Shown: positions 37,980 through 47,659 of the stretch, piece by piece
How positions within the stretch are numbered: the stretch's first letter is position 1
Layout of the letters: each line of letters opens with the position of its first letter
From: Chloroflexota bacterium
GTDB lineage: Bacteria > Chloroflexota > Anaerolineae > JAAYZQ01
Direction: 5' to 3'
DNA: 64,000 bases
Assembly: GCA_018606645.1 (NCBI GenBank)
Contig: JAGVRI010000003.1
Location: 27,322-91,321 of the forward strand
Made by a program: the position numbers and the translations under genes
Notes under the pieces: model-generated
The model's database searches: none
Told to the model about the DNA's origin: nothing
Seen by the model: only the letters and a program-made list of their open reading frames with translations

Positions 37980-38101
37980 GGGGCGAGGCATTCCGGGGAA
38001 CGGCGTATAAGGGCAGGTGGTTCTGGCCCATCCGCGGCGATTCAAACGGTAGGCGGCCACTGGGAATGCCTCGCCCCTACAATGTCAGAGAATGCAACAG
38101 C
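37980..38101 (+). repeat. ~120-bp repeat family B, copy 2
   Basis: ggggcgaggcattccgggg...ttctggcccatccgcggcgattcaaacggtagg...gggaatgcctcgcccctac...gagaatgcaacagc; same orientation as copy 1. Confidence 0.7.
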
Positions 38102-38567
38102 CCTACCTGGTGGGAAGAGGCCCTGGCGTGAGCATCCGCTTTGGGAGGAGGGGCAGAGCCTGCTGGAAATGTCGGTGGGTCTGGTGTTCCTGCTGGGGAT
38201 CGTGCTGGTCCTGTTTGAGGGAGCATTGCTGTTTCACTCCTACATTGCCTTGCTGAATGCAGCGCGAGAAGGGGCAGTGTATGCCTCTCTCCATCCGACC
38301 ATGAGTCCGGGGACATCCGAGTATGCGCAATATGAATCGGTCACGCGCACCGAAGCAACAGCCGCCGGGTTGCTGACCGATCCGGCGTACTTTCAGATCG
38401 ACCCGCCCCAGACGCCGGAGGGCACCGACCCGTTGGATCCGATTATCGTGACGGTCCATTATCAGTTGATCAATCCGATGCAAGGCCTTATCCTTCCTTT
38501 CTTTGGACGGATGGGCTTGTTCGATAGTGTATGGATGACGGCGGCTACGGAGATGCCGATCCGGTGA
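38082..38567 (+). CDS. TadE-like pilus assembly protein (pseudopilin)
   Basis: N-terminus EEGQSLLEMSVGLVFLLGIVLVLFEG matches TadE/TadF GQxxVEFAL motif; long ORF extension back to 37827 runs through repeat B and is rejected. Confidence 0.65.
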   Translation: MSENATALPGGKRPWREHPLWEEGQSLLEMSVGLVFLLGIVLVLFEGALLFHSYIALLNAAREGAVYASLHPTMSPGTSEYAQYESVTRTEATAAGLLTDPAYFQIDPPQTPEGTDPLDPIIVTVHYQLINPMQGLILPFFGRMGLFDSVWMTAATEMPIR

Positions 38568-38625
38568 ACGGCCGGGGAGTAGAGAGTAGATGCGAATTCT
38601 TGTCTTGAGGCAGCGCGACAGCCGG

Positions 38626-39063
38626 ATGGTTGGCCAGGAAGGCCAGGCGATGACCGAATTTGCGCTTTCGATGACGTTGTTGGTCGCCCTGCTGGTGGGG
38701 ATTATCGCCCTGGCCTGGGTCGGCTTTTGTTATGTGAGCATCACCAGCGCGGCGCGCATGGGAACGCGGCACATGATCACCTATCCGACCAGCCCCCAGG
38801 ATCCGCACCGCTTTGCCAATGTGGATGCGGAGATCACCTATGTGGTCACCAGTTCGATGCCGATGCTGGACTGGCGCCAGGCGACGATCATCATCCTGCC
38901 CCAACCGCCGGCCAGTCGGCTCTCAGGCACCCAGGTCTCGGTCCAGATCGTGTATCCGATGAATACGCCGACGATCCGAATCCCGTATGGGTTGAGGGAG
39001 GGATCTTTCGTGCTGTTACCGCCGATTACGCTGAATGCCACATCGCGGATGCGGCTGGATTGA
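38626..39063 (+). CDS. TadE-like pilus assembly protein (pseudopilin)
   Basis: GQEGQAMTEFALSMTLLVALLVGIIAL; alternative start 38590. Confidence 0.65.
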   Translation: MVGQEGQAMTEFALSMTLLVALLVGIIALAWVGFCYVSITSAARMGTRHMITYPTSPQDPHRFANVDAEITYVVTSSMPMLDWRQATIIILPQPPASRLSGTQVSVQIVYPMNTPTIRIPYGLREGSFVLLPPITLNATSRMRLD

Positions 39064-39126
39064 GGAGGGCCGGCCCCAATGGGCAGGCCTGACTCGGACT
39101 CGTATGGACAGAAGAGGAGGTGAACG

Positions 39127-40200
39127 ATGTCTCATCGAGAAAAAGAAAGTGGTCAGTCAATTGTAATCATTGCGTTTGCCATCATGATGCTTTTGGCGCT
39201 GGTGGCGATCGTCGTGGATGTGGGCAATGCCTATGCCCACCGCCGGATGGTGCAAAATGCGGTGGACGCGGCTGCCCTGGCCGGGGCGCGGAAACTGGCC
39301 GACCGGATGGTGGCGAGTAACCCGGACAGCGTGAAACATATCCACGTGTCCTATCAGATCAGGCGCTATGCGCAAGAGAACGGCCTGCCGGTGAGCGAAC
39401 CCGGCATCCTCCAGGCGTGGTTCATTGACAAGAACGGGAATCGGCTCGAACAGGTGCGGCCCAGCCCGGATTTCATCAATCCCCAGGCCAGAGGGGTTGA
39501 GGTCATTGGCAAGCTGCCCTTTACGACCTATTTTGCCCACCTGCTTGGTTTCTCGACGATGGAGGCGGCTACCTCCGCCCGCGCCTGGGTGCTGCGCGGT
39601 CCCTGCAATGGGGATAGTCTGTTCCCGGTAGGGATCGCTCAGAGTATCTTTGGAGGCGGTGGCGTTCCTCAACCTGGGACAACCTACACCATGTGGGACA
39701 AGACCAAGGAGGCGCCCGGTCAATTCGGCTGGCTGTACTGGAAGGACGGGAACGGTGTGGTGCGGGGAACCGAGCCGCCGCAGCAGAACTCGAACACGAC
39801 CAATCTGGCGGCAAACATCCTGGACACCTCACGCAGCGGTGCGTGGCGGGTGAATGATTGGGTGCACGGCAGCAGCGGCGTCAGCTTCCAGCCGGTCCTG
39901 GATGAGCTGGAACAGAGGATGGGTTCTTCCCACACCGTCATCGTCCCGATCTACGATCAGGTTTCGGGAACGGGGGACAACGCCGTGTACCGAATCGTGG
40001 GCTTTGGCGCCTTTCAGATGACCTGCGCCTATAGCTCAAAGAGCCATTATGTGGAAAATCCGAGTGGGTCGTGCGCTCCTTGTCGGGAGGAAGACAAACC
40101 GTGCATCCGAGGGACGTTCGTGCGGATGATCGAACCGAGCGGCGACGATGGGTGCCTGGACACCGGCGTCGTCATCCCTTCGTTCCGGATGCCCAAATAG
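39127..40200 (+). CDS. TadG-like / Tad_N-domain pilus assembly protein
   Basis: N-terminus ESGQSIVIIAFAIMMLLALVAIVVDVGNAYAHRRMVQNAVDAAALAGA typical of putative Tad-like Flp pilus-assembly (PF13400); RBS GGAGGTG. Confidence 0.7.
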   Translation: MSHREKESGQSIVIIAFAIMMLLALVAIVVDVGNAYAHRRMVQNAVDAAALAGARKLADRMVASNPDSVKHIHVSYQIRRYAQENGLPVSEPGILQAWFIDKNGNRLEQVRPSPDFINPQARGVEVIGKLPFTTYFAHLLGFSTMEAATSARAWVLRGPCNGDSLFPVGIAQSIFGGGGVPQPGTTYTMWDKTKEAPGQFGWLYWKDGNGVVRGTEPPQQNSNTTNLAANILDTSRSGAWRVNDWVHGSSGVSFQPVLDELEQRMGSSHTVIVPIYDQVSGTGDNAVYRIVGFGAFQMTCAYSSKSHYVENPSGSCAPCREEDKPCIRGTFVRMIEPSGDDGCLDTGVVIPSFRMPK

Positions 40201-40215
40201 CCCTTTCTCGATGAT

Positions 40216-40251
40216 CCTGAGCGAGGGCGGGCGTTCCCCCCCTCGCTCAGG
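40216..40251. repeat. perfect 12-bp stem / 12-nt loop hairpin after TadG-like gene
   Basis: cctgagcgaggg-cgggcgttcccc-ccctcgctcagg; no downstream T-run. Confidence 0.5.
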
Positions 40252-40420
40252 ACCTGGGCCAACCGGCCGCGGGCATGAATCCGCATCCTCATGCTCCCGC
40301 GGTCAAATCACAAACCAGGCAATGGCCAGGAAAAGTGTTCCGCCGTACCCCCTGGCGCGATCAGGAAGGAAGCTGAAACCCATGCAAGCGACTGTCAACT
40401 GCCCGAGGAGAAGAAACCCG

Positions 40421-43400
40421 ATGTTCCGGTCTCTGCTGCTCGCCGTGCCCCTGGGACTTCTGGGAGTGCTTGTCTTTGTCCTCTCCTCCAACGCGTACGT
40501 CACCCAGAAGGGCGAGACCACGCTGGTGGATTTCGATAGCGGCACCTTTATCTACACCGGGTTGCTGGATATCCCCGAGCAGGGGATCGATAGTGTGCAG
40601 TTGCTGCCCATCGGATTGACCGGGGACTGGGAGGTGGCCAATCGGTCGTTGCCGCTTCGGCTGACGGACCATGCCGTGGTTGCGCACGGGGACGCCATCT
40701 ATGTGGTCGGTGGCACTGACGAGGAGTATGCCGTCCATGATGAGGTATTCATGACCCAAATGTCCCTGGACGGACAGCTCTCCCCCTGGCAATCCCAGAA
40801 CCCACTGCCGGACCCTCGCTCTGCCGCCGCGATCGCGACCTACCGATTGGACGCGGACAATTCATTCCTGTATGTGCTCGGAGGAATCGGATCTGACTTT
40901 GGTGCCACCGACACGGTATACTATGCGCCCATCAATGATGAGACGGGAGAGCTCGGGGCCTGGCAACTGGACAGTCAAAGCCTCCCCAATCCGGTCTACT
41001 ATGCGGCTGCGGTCGAGCATGATGGCGCCCTGTATGTCATCGGCGGGGCGGGTGATACCGTCTTTGATCAGGTGTACTATGCGACGGTCCAGGAGGATGG
41101 TTCATTGGGTTCGTTCATCGCCACCTCCTCGCTTCCCGAACCGCTGTACGACGGTCTGGCCATCGTCTATGAGGGGGAGCCGGTCGATACGCTGTACTAT
41201 ATCGGCGGTCGGAACGCCATTACCTCTACTTTCAAGGTCTATTTTGCCGACTTTGTGCCCGGTGGAGGCTTGAGCGCCTGGCAACTTTCTCAAGGCAATC
41301 TGCCGGGTCACCTCTTTGGCCACGACGGCACCTTGCTGAGCGGGGAGATCATCCTCACTGGGGGGATTGTGGATTCCATCAATCCATACGTCGGCATTTC
41401 CAACACCGTGGAAGCGGCTCTGGTGGATCCTGGCAACCCGGCATTTCGCCTGTACGACTGGTGCCTGGGGGTGCCGCCTCCGACCTGTACCATCGGCGCC
41501 TGGCAAACCGGGAGTCTACTCCCGGACGTGCGCGCCCGTCATGGCATGGCCTCCGGCCACGGGCATCTCTACGTCCTGGGTGGAGTGGATTCCACCCAAT
41601 ACCCACGAGATACCATCTATGTGGGTTCTGTCACCGGCTTTGGCGCGCGCTACTCGCCGGAGGGGTATTACATTTCTGACCCGATTGACCTGGGGCCGGG
41701 GGTGGCCCTTCGGCGGCTGAGTTGGGGGACGACCATTCACGATCCTGCTCACATGGGGCTGGAGATGCAGTTCCGCCACACCAGCGACGGTCAAATCTGG
41801 TCCGAGTGGTCCACACCCATTCCTTCCATCAGCGGCACGAACCAGATTGACCTGGATCCGCCACTGACCGGGGTCCACTATCTCCAGTATCGGGCCCACC
41901 TGACCACGACTGTCTCCCATGCGTCTCCGCTCCTGGATTGGGTGGAGATCTACTATGAGGTTCCGGATCCAGAGGTTGCGGTGTATAAGGACACCGGTGG
42001 GGTGATGACCGTGACTCTGGGCGACCACCTGGAATATACCATCTACTACACCAACTATGGCGGGTGGACGGCCGAGAATGTGGTCCTCACCGAGACCCTG
42101 CCGGCGCACACGAGCTACGTAGGAGGGTCAGGTTGGCATCAGGTGGCCGGTACCAATATGTATACCTATGACGTCGGCAACCTGGCGCCCGGAGCGAGCG
42201 GCAGCGTTCCCTTCCCGATCAAGGTGAATGACGACGTGCCTCTCGAGACCCGGTATCTCACCAATACCATCGAAATCGCCTACCCTCCCATGCTCGACGC
42301 GCTGGCGGAGTGGGTGACCGATCCGGAACCGGGCAATAATACCTTTGCGCTGGCGACCCGCTTTAGCCCGTATGCGATCACCGTTGCCAAAGACTCGGAG
42401 CCACCGCCGGGCGAACCGGTCGCTCCCGGCGAGATCATCACCTATATCCTGACCTACTCCAACCCGGTGGGAGCGGTCAGCGTTCCGCAGGCCTACCTCC
42501 TCGATGCGCTCCCGGAGCATGTCAGCTATATTCCGGGCTCCATCTTTGGGCCCGGGGCGGACGCCAGCAACCCACGAGAGCTCCGCTGGGACCTCGGCGT
42601 CGTCGGACCTGGGGAGACGTATCAGGTGGGCTATGCGGTCCAGGTGGATTCCTCGACTCCGTTGGGAACTGTCCTGTCGAATACGGCCACCCTGTACAGC
42701 GATATCGGTCCTCCCAGGACGAGCAATTGCGTCGAGACTCTGGTCGTGGACAAGACGTACCGGGTAGAGGTCAACAAGGAGGCGGTGCCCTCTCCGGGGA
42801 GCACCGTGGCTCCTGGCTCGCTGATCCACTACACTCTGTATTACACCAACGCCGGCTTTATCGCGGCCAGCCAGGCGGTGTTGACCGAGGTCTTTGATCT
42901 GAACCAGAGCTACTCGCTGGTGTCGGCCGATCCGCCGCCGGACGTGATGCCCAATGTCTGGCACCTGGGCGCGCTGGGACCTGGCCAGAAGGGGGCGATT
43001 GACCTGGTGGTCCAGCTCGACGACGTGTTGCCCAGTCACTGGATCGTCAGCAACCAGGCCGTGATCGATAGCCCGGAAGGGGTGCCATCGTATACTCCGG
43101 TCATCACGCACCTGGTCATGAATCCACCGGAGGTCCCCCTGGTTGATCTGGTGGTGGGGAAGGTGCGCATGGAGCCTGCTGAACCCAAGCCGGGCGAACC
43201 GGTGGCGTTCTACGTAACGATCTCCAACACAGGCAACCTGAACGCCAGCGGCTATTTCTGGGTGGAGTTGTACGTCAAGTCTGCGCCCTCGGAACCTCCC
43301 CGTGGGCCCTCTGACCATGATCAGGGGTACTGCCTGAACGGGTGCTCGATCGTGCGCCCGTACCATCTGGTGCTGGTCAACAGTCTGGGGAAGGGGGCGA

Positions 43401-43621
43401 AGAAGGAGATCAAGTTCGCAAACGAGAAGTTGTTCTTCCCCACGGAGGGCGCCTATGATGTGTATGTGCAGGTGGACGTGGCCTTTGACGATCCACGTTA
43501 CAGCCCATATTGGGGCTTTTATCCGGAACACCATGAAGGCAACAACATCGTCCACGAAACGGTGTTCATTGGCGGGGTACCGCGATACTATTTGCCCGCG
43601 GTGTACAAGCGGTGGCCATAG
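40421..43621 (+). CDS. large secreted/anchored protein with Kelch-like beta-propeller and multiple DUF11 domains (candidate pilus-associated adhesin)
   Basis: 1066 aa; signal/anchor MFRSLLLAVPLGLLGVLVFVL; repeated ...YVxGG... blades (AIYVVGG, FLYVLGG, ALYVIGG, LYYIGG, LYVLGG), then several DUF11-type repeats (GDxLEYTIYYTNxG..., GEIITYILTYSN, GSLIHYTLYYTNAG); RBS GAGGAG. Confidence 0.7.
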   Translation: MFRSLLLAVPLGLLGVLVFVLSSNAYVTQKGETTLVDFDSGTFIYTGLLDIPEQGIDSVQLLPIGLTGDWEVANRSLPLRLTDHAVVAHGDAIYVVGGTDEEYAVHDEVFMTQMSLDGQLSPWQSQNPLPDPRSAAAIATYRLDADNSFLYVLGGIGSDFGATDTVYYAPINDETGELGAWQLDSQSLPNPVYYAAAVEHDGALYVIGGAGDTVFDQVYYATVQEDGSLGSFIATSSLPEPLYDGLAIVYEGEPVDTLYYIGGRNAITSTFKVYFADFVPGGGLSAWQLSQGNLPGHLFGHDGTLLSGEIILTGGIVDSINPYVGISNTVEAALVDPGNPAFRLYDWCLGVPPPTCTIGAWQTGSLLPDVRARHGMASGHGHLYVLGGVDSTQYPRDTIYVGSVTGFGARYSPEGYYISDPIDLGPGVALRRLSWGTTIHDPAHMGLEMQFRHTSDGQIWSEWSTPIPSISGTNQIDLDPPLTGVHYLQYRAHLTTTVSHASPLLDWVEIYYEVPDPEVAVYKDTGGVMTVTLGDHLEYTIYYTNYGGWTAENVVLTETLPAHTSYVGGSGWHQVAGTNMYTYDVGNLAPGASGSVPFPIKVNDDVPLETRYLTNTIEIAYPPMLDALAEWVTDPEPGNNTFALATRFSPYAITVAKDSEPPPGEPVAPGEIITYILTYSNPVGAVSVPQAYLLDALPEHVSYIPGSIFGPGADASNPRELRWDLGVVGPGETYQVGYAVQVDSSTPLGTVLSNTATLYSDIGPPRTSNCVETLVVDKTYRVEVNKEAVPSPGSTVAPGSLIHYTLYYTNAGFIAASQAVLTEVFDLNQSYSLVSADPPPDVMPNVWHLGALGPGQKGAIDLVVQLDDVLPSHWIVSNQAVIDSPEGVPSYTPVITHLVMNPPEVPLVDLVVGKVRMEPAEPKPGEPVAFYVTISNTGNLNASGYFWVELYVKSAPSEPPRGPSDHDQGYCLNGCSIVRPYHLVLVNSLGKGAKKEIKFANEKLFFPTEGAYDVYVQVDVAFDDPRYSPYWGFYPEHHEGNNIVHETVFIGGVPRYYLPAVYKRWP

Positions 43622-43651
43622 TGACCGGCTCAATTCGGGTTGAGGAGAAAA

Positions 43652-43680
43652 TTGCCATTCACGCAATTTTCTGGTAGAAT
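43652..43680 (+). promoter_or_regulatory. candidate promoter TTGCCA-N17-TAGAAT with overlapping inverted repeat
   Basis: Inverted repeat gaaaattgc-cattcac-gcaattttc (43648-43672) overlaps the spacer; ~240-nt leader to cpaB. Confidence 0.4.
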
Positions 43681-43918
43681 AGAATCTAGTGCTCACCAAT
43701 GCGGCTTCAGGCAAATGAGATTCCTCGATGATCGGTTCCTGGCCGGAAGGGCGAGCGACTGGATGCTTTCGCAGGCGGTCCGAGGGTAGCGCGGTTCCGC
43801 CCGAGTGGCGGTCACTGCTGGCCATGGAGGAGATCATACACGGAGACAGGCCGATCCGATGGTTGATGGGGGGACGACCAGACCTGTCTAGCGCAGAGCA
43901 AAACATGGAGGAGAACCG

Positions 43919-44842
43919 ATGCGTCGTGGTAGAATCCTGATCTTGTTGGGCCTGATCCTGGCGATTGGCACCGCTGCGATCGTGTTCATCATGCTCCAGG
44001 GGGCAGCCGGCAGCAAGGGAACGGTAGAGGTAGAGCGGGAAGAGGTGGTGGTCGCCATTCAACCCATCCCCGAGGACGAGCCGGTGGAAGGGCGGATCGA
44101 GATTCGGGCCATGCCCAAAGAATCGATACCGGTGAACGCCCTCCGTTCTCTGGACGAAGCAACGGGAATGCTGGCCGCCGGGCCGATTCCGCAGGGCACC
44201 ATACTCCAACCCGATCTCTTGATCAGCCCGGCGGAGCTGATGCAGCAGGGCAAGTTGGGGAAATTGATCGAACCTGGGTTTGTCGCCGTGGCCTTTCCGA
44301 TCGATGAGCTTTCCAGCGTATCGTACGGAATCCAGCCTGGCGATCATGTGGATGTACTGATGAGCTTCTGGTTCATCGACCTTGACGCGGAAACTCAGAG
44401 CAAGGCGCCGATCTGTCCGCCCAGATGTGAGGCCGGGGCGGAGCAGACCCAGGCCGTTGTGGAGCAGCGTCCGCGGCTGGCTGCGCAACTGACGCTCCAG
44501 GATGCTGCTGTGCTTGGGGTTGGACGATGGAGCACCCAACCCGCAGTTACGGAAGCGGCTGCCACGCCGGAACCGCGAGAAGGTGAGGAAGCGGCTGTCG
44601 AACTACCTGAGTATATTACGCTCATGCTCACCCCTCAGGATGCCCTGGTCTTAAAGTTCGCCCGGGAATCGGGGGCCAGGATCGACCTGGCCGTCCGCGC
44701 CAAGGATGATCACCAGCAGTTCGTCACCCAGCAAGTCACCCTGGACTATATCCTGGCCCGCTTTGGCGTCTCCCTGCCGGCCCGGCAGCCCTACACCATC
44801 GAAGGGCTCGGGCAGGCGCCGCCGACCAGCCCGGAGGAGTGA
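43919..44842 (+). CDS. cpaB: Flp pilus assembly protein CpaB/RcpC
   Basis: N-terminal TM anchor then SAF domain (IPQGTIL...) and RcpC-like C-terminus. Confidence 0.8.
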   Translation: MRRGRILILLGLILAIGTAAIVFIMLQGAAGSKGTVEVEREEVVVAIQPIPEDEPVEGRIEIRAMPKESIPVNALRSLDEATGMLAAGPIPQGTILQPDLLISPAELMQQGKLGKLIEPGFVAVAFPIDELSSVSYGIQPGDHVDVLMSFWFIDLDAETQSKAPICPPRCEAGAEQTQAVVEQRPRLAAQLTLQDAAVLGVGRWSTQPAVTEAAATPEPREGEEAAVELPEYITLMLTPQDALVLKFARESGARIDLAVRAKDDHQQFVTQQVTLDYILARFGVSLPARQPYTIEGLGQAPPTSPEE

Positions 44843-44926
44843 TACCTGGTTTGCATGGTTGGGCGATGGAATCAGCCGGGGACGGACCGATGGTTGATGA
44901 TATCGGGGAAAGTGACTTGAGCAAGC

Positions 44927-46234
44927 GTGAGCGGGAAAATGGCGTCTACACCGACTGAAAAGATCCGTCTGCTCATCGTTGACGATATCCCAGAGACGCG
45001 GGAGAATCTGCGTAAGTTGCTCTATTTTGAGCCGGACATCGAGATCGTGGGCATGGCTTCGGATGGACGGTCGGCCATTGAGGAAGCCAAGAGGCTGCAA
45101 CCTCACATCGTGCTGATGGACATCAACATGCCGGACATGGATGGGATTACGGCCAGTCAGAAGATCAGCCAGGTAGCACCCATGTGCCAGGTGATCATGA
45201 TGTCGGTTCAGAGTGAGGCCGATTACCTGCGCCGTTCGATGCTGGCCGGTGCGACGGATTTCCTGACCAAGCCGTTCACCAGCGAAGAACTGACGAGCAG
45301 CATTCGCCGGGTCTATGAGATGGGGGCCAGTCGCCGCCTGGCCATGCCGGTCGTTCAGGAAGTCGAAGAAGGCGCTCCTGGATTGACTCCATCCGCCCGA
45401 CGCCCCCGAAAGGGAGGGAAGCTCTTGCTGGTGTACAGCCCGAAGGGAGGGACAGGCTGCAGCACGGTGGCGACCAATCTGGCCATCGCCCTGCACCAGG
45501 TGACAGCCCAGAAGGTTGCCCTGGTGGACGCCAGTTTCCAATTTGGCGACGTTGATGCGCTCCTGAACCTGCAGAGCAACCGTTCTATCGCGGATGCGGT
45601 CAGTCAGATCAAGACCCTGGATACGATGCTCCTCAGCGCTGTGCTCTCTGCCCACTCTTCGGGCATTCGGGTGCTGGCTGCGCCTCCCGGACCGGAGATG
45701 GCGGAGGCGATCAAAGCCGAGGATGTGAAAACGATTCTGACGCTGATGATCCAGGAATTTGACTTGATTGTGGTGGATTCGTGGAGCAATCTTGATGACA
45801 TGGTCCTGACGCTGATGGACCTGGCCGACCGCATCCTGGTGGTGATGACGCCCGAAATCCCTTCGATCAAGGACACCAAGTTGTTCCTTGAGATCGCCGA
45901 TGCGTTGCAATTCCCGCAGGAGTGCATTGACCTGATTCTCAACAAGGTCGTCCTGCGGGATGGCATTCGCGCGGATCAAATTGAGAGCAATTTGAAGCAC
46001 AAGATCCTGATCCAGTTGGACTTTGAACCCAAGGGCGTGCGACAGGCCATTAACCAGGGCCTGCCCTTGATCCTGGCCGAGCCCAAGCACCCTCTTTCGC
46101 AAAAGTTCCTGGCTCTGGCCCGGGAAGAGGTAGCGGTTCTGGAACCTCAGCCGCGAGGTGAAGCAGAGAAAGAGATCCATGAGGCAAAATCGGAACGTAA
46201 ACCGAGGCCCAGATTGTTTGGTCGGATGAAGTGA
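44927..46234 (+). CDS. cpaE: pilus assembly protein CpaE/TadZ (receiver domain + ParA/MinD-like ATPase)
   Basis: N-terminal receiver-like domain (RLLIVDDIPETRE), deviant Walker A KGGTGCSTVATNLA. Confidence 0.85.
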   Translation: MSGKMASTPTEKIRLLIVDDIPETRENLRKLLYFEPDIEIVGMASDGRSAIEEAKRLQPHIVLMDINMPDMDGITASQKISQVAPMCQVIMMSVQSEADYLRRSMLAGATDFLTKPFTSEELTSSIRRVYEMGASRRLAMPVVQEVEEGAPGLTPSARRPRKGGKLLLVYSPKGGTGCSTVATNLAIALHQVTAQKVALVDASFQFGDVDALLNLQSNRSIADAVSQIKTLDTMLLSAVLSAHSSGIRVLAAPPGPEMAEAIKAEDVKTILTLMIQEFDLIVVDSWSNLDDMVLTLMDLADRILVVMTPEIPSIKDTKLFLEIADALQFPQECIDLILNKVVLRDGIRADQIESNLKHKILIQLDFEPKGVRQAINQGLPLILAEPKHPLSQKFLALAREEVAVLEPQPRGEAEKEIHEAKSERKPRPRLFGRMK

Positions 46235-46255
46235 TGTTCAGAAAAGAGGTGGAAT

Positions 46256-47644
46256 ATGTCGTTATTAAGACGGATTGAGAGGAACCAGCAGGTGGCGGTG
46301 GATCAACTGACACCCGTGGCAGAGCATTCCACCCGGTTGGAGGAATTGCGCATTCGTCGTGCACCGGCTGCGCCGGCGCGGGATGCCTTTCAGGACTTGA
46401 AGAGTCGGATCCATAACAAGCTGCTGGCTGAACTCGACCCCAAAATGGATGTCTCCAAGACGGATGAAGTGCGCCAGACGATCGAAGAGATGTATGATGC
46501 GATGCTGGCGCAGGAGAATCTGATCCTGGGTCGAGCGGACCGCCAGCGTCTGTTAGAGCAGATTGTGGCCGAGATCCTGGGCTATGGTCCCATCGAGCCG
46601 TTGCTGGCCGATGATACGATCACTGAGATCATGGTGAACGGACCCAACGCCGTCTATATTGAACGAGCCGGACGGATCGAGCCCACCGACATCCGATTCG
46701 AAAACGATGAGCATGTGTTGCGGATCATTGACCGGATTGTCTCACCGTTGGGACGCCGGATTGATGAAAGCCAGCCGTATGTGGATGCGCGTCTGCCGGA
46801 TGGTTCGCGGGTCAATGCGGTCATTCCACCTCTATCGCTGATCGGCCCGGTGTTGACCATCCGCAAATTTGCTCGGATCCCGATCACGGCCCAGACGCTG
46901 ATTGAGCTGGGGACGATTACCCCGGAGGCCCTCGAGTTCTGCAAGGCTTGCGTCCAGGCCAAGCTCAATATGGTGATCTCCGGAGGCACTGGCTCCGGAA
47001 AGACGACCACGCTGAACGTCTTTTCTGCCTTTATTCCTAATGACGAACGGATCATCACCATCGAAAATGCGGCGGAGCTTCAGCTCCAGCAAGATCACGT
47101 CATCCCGCTGGAAACGCGGCCGCCCAACGTCGAAGGCAAGGGTGAGATCACCATGCGGCAGCTCGTGATTAACAGTCTGCGGATGCGCCCGGATCGGATC
47201 ATTGTCGGGGAATGCCGGGGGGCGGAGGCCCTGGACATGTTGCAGGCCATGAATACGGGCCACGACGGGAGCATGACCACAGCTCACTCGAACAGTCCAC
47301 GCGATACGCTGGCCCGTCTGGAAACGATGGTGTTGATGGCCGGCATGGACCTGCCGTTGCGAGCGATCCGCGAACAGATCGCTTCCGCGCTGCACCTGGT
47401 TGTGCATCAGGAGCGGATGCGCGATGGAAGCCGCAAGATCACCAAGATCACCGAGGTCCAGGGGATGGAAGGCGACGTGATCGTCATGCAGGACATTTTC
47501 ACCTTTGAGCAGCAAGGGATCGAGGGGGGGAAGGTGATCGGCCGGCTCAAGCCCACCGGAATTCGCCCCAAATTTATGGAGATCATCGAGGCGGCCAATA
47601 TCCACCTGCCGCCTACGATCTTTGGCATGGGAAGACGGTACTAA
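46256..47644 (+). CDS. cpaF: Tad secretion ATPase CpaF/TadA
   Basis: Walker [11 protein letters not shown]2SS/T4SS ATPase motifs ([18 protein letters not shown]). Confidence 0.9.
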   Translation: MSLLRRIERNQQVAVDQLTPVAEHSTRLEELRIRRAPAAPARDAFQDLKSRIHNKLLAELDPKMDVSKTDEVRQTIEEMYDAMLAQENLILGRADRQRLLEQIVAEILGYGPIEPLLADDTITEIMVNGPNAVYIERAGRIEPTDIRFENDEHVLRIIDRIVSPLGRRIDESQPYVDARLPDGSRVNAVIPPLSLIGPVLTIRKFARIPITAQTLIELGTITPEALEFCKACVQAKLNMVISGGTGSGKTTTLNVFSAFIPNDERIITIENAAELQLQQDHVIPLETRPPNVEGKGEITMRQLVINSLRMRPDRIIVGECRGAEALDMLQAMNTGHDGSMTTAHSNSPRDTLARLETMVLMAGMDLPLRAIREQIASALHLVVHQERMRDGSRKITKITEVQGMEGDVIVMQDIFTFEQQGIEGGKVIGRLKPTGIRPKFMEIIEAANIHLPPTIFGMGRRY

Positions 47645-47659
47645 CAGGGTAATCCGAGG

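Noticed and set aside
37827-38081. N-terminal extension of the first TadE-like ORF (start at 37827)
   Set aside because: The extension is the translation of repeat B and has no TadE-like features. Start moved to ATG 38082, which precedes the conserved GQSLLE...hydrophobic segment.
43688-43918. c-di-GMP-I (GEMM) riboswitch upstream of cpaB
   Set aside because: Only loose resemblance (ggcaaa, gggtagcgcgg...). Required tetraloop/receptor architecture cannot be confirmed by eye. Kept only as a structured-leader candidate pending Rfam cmscan.
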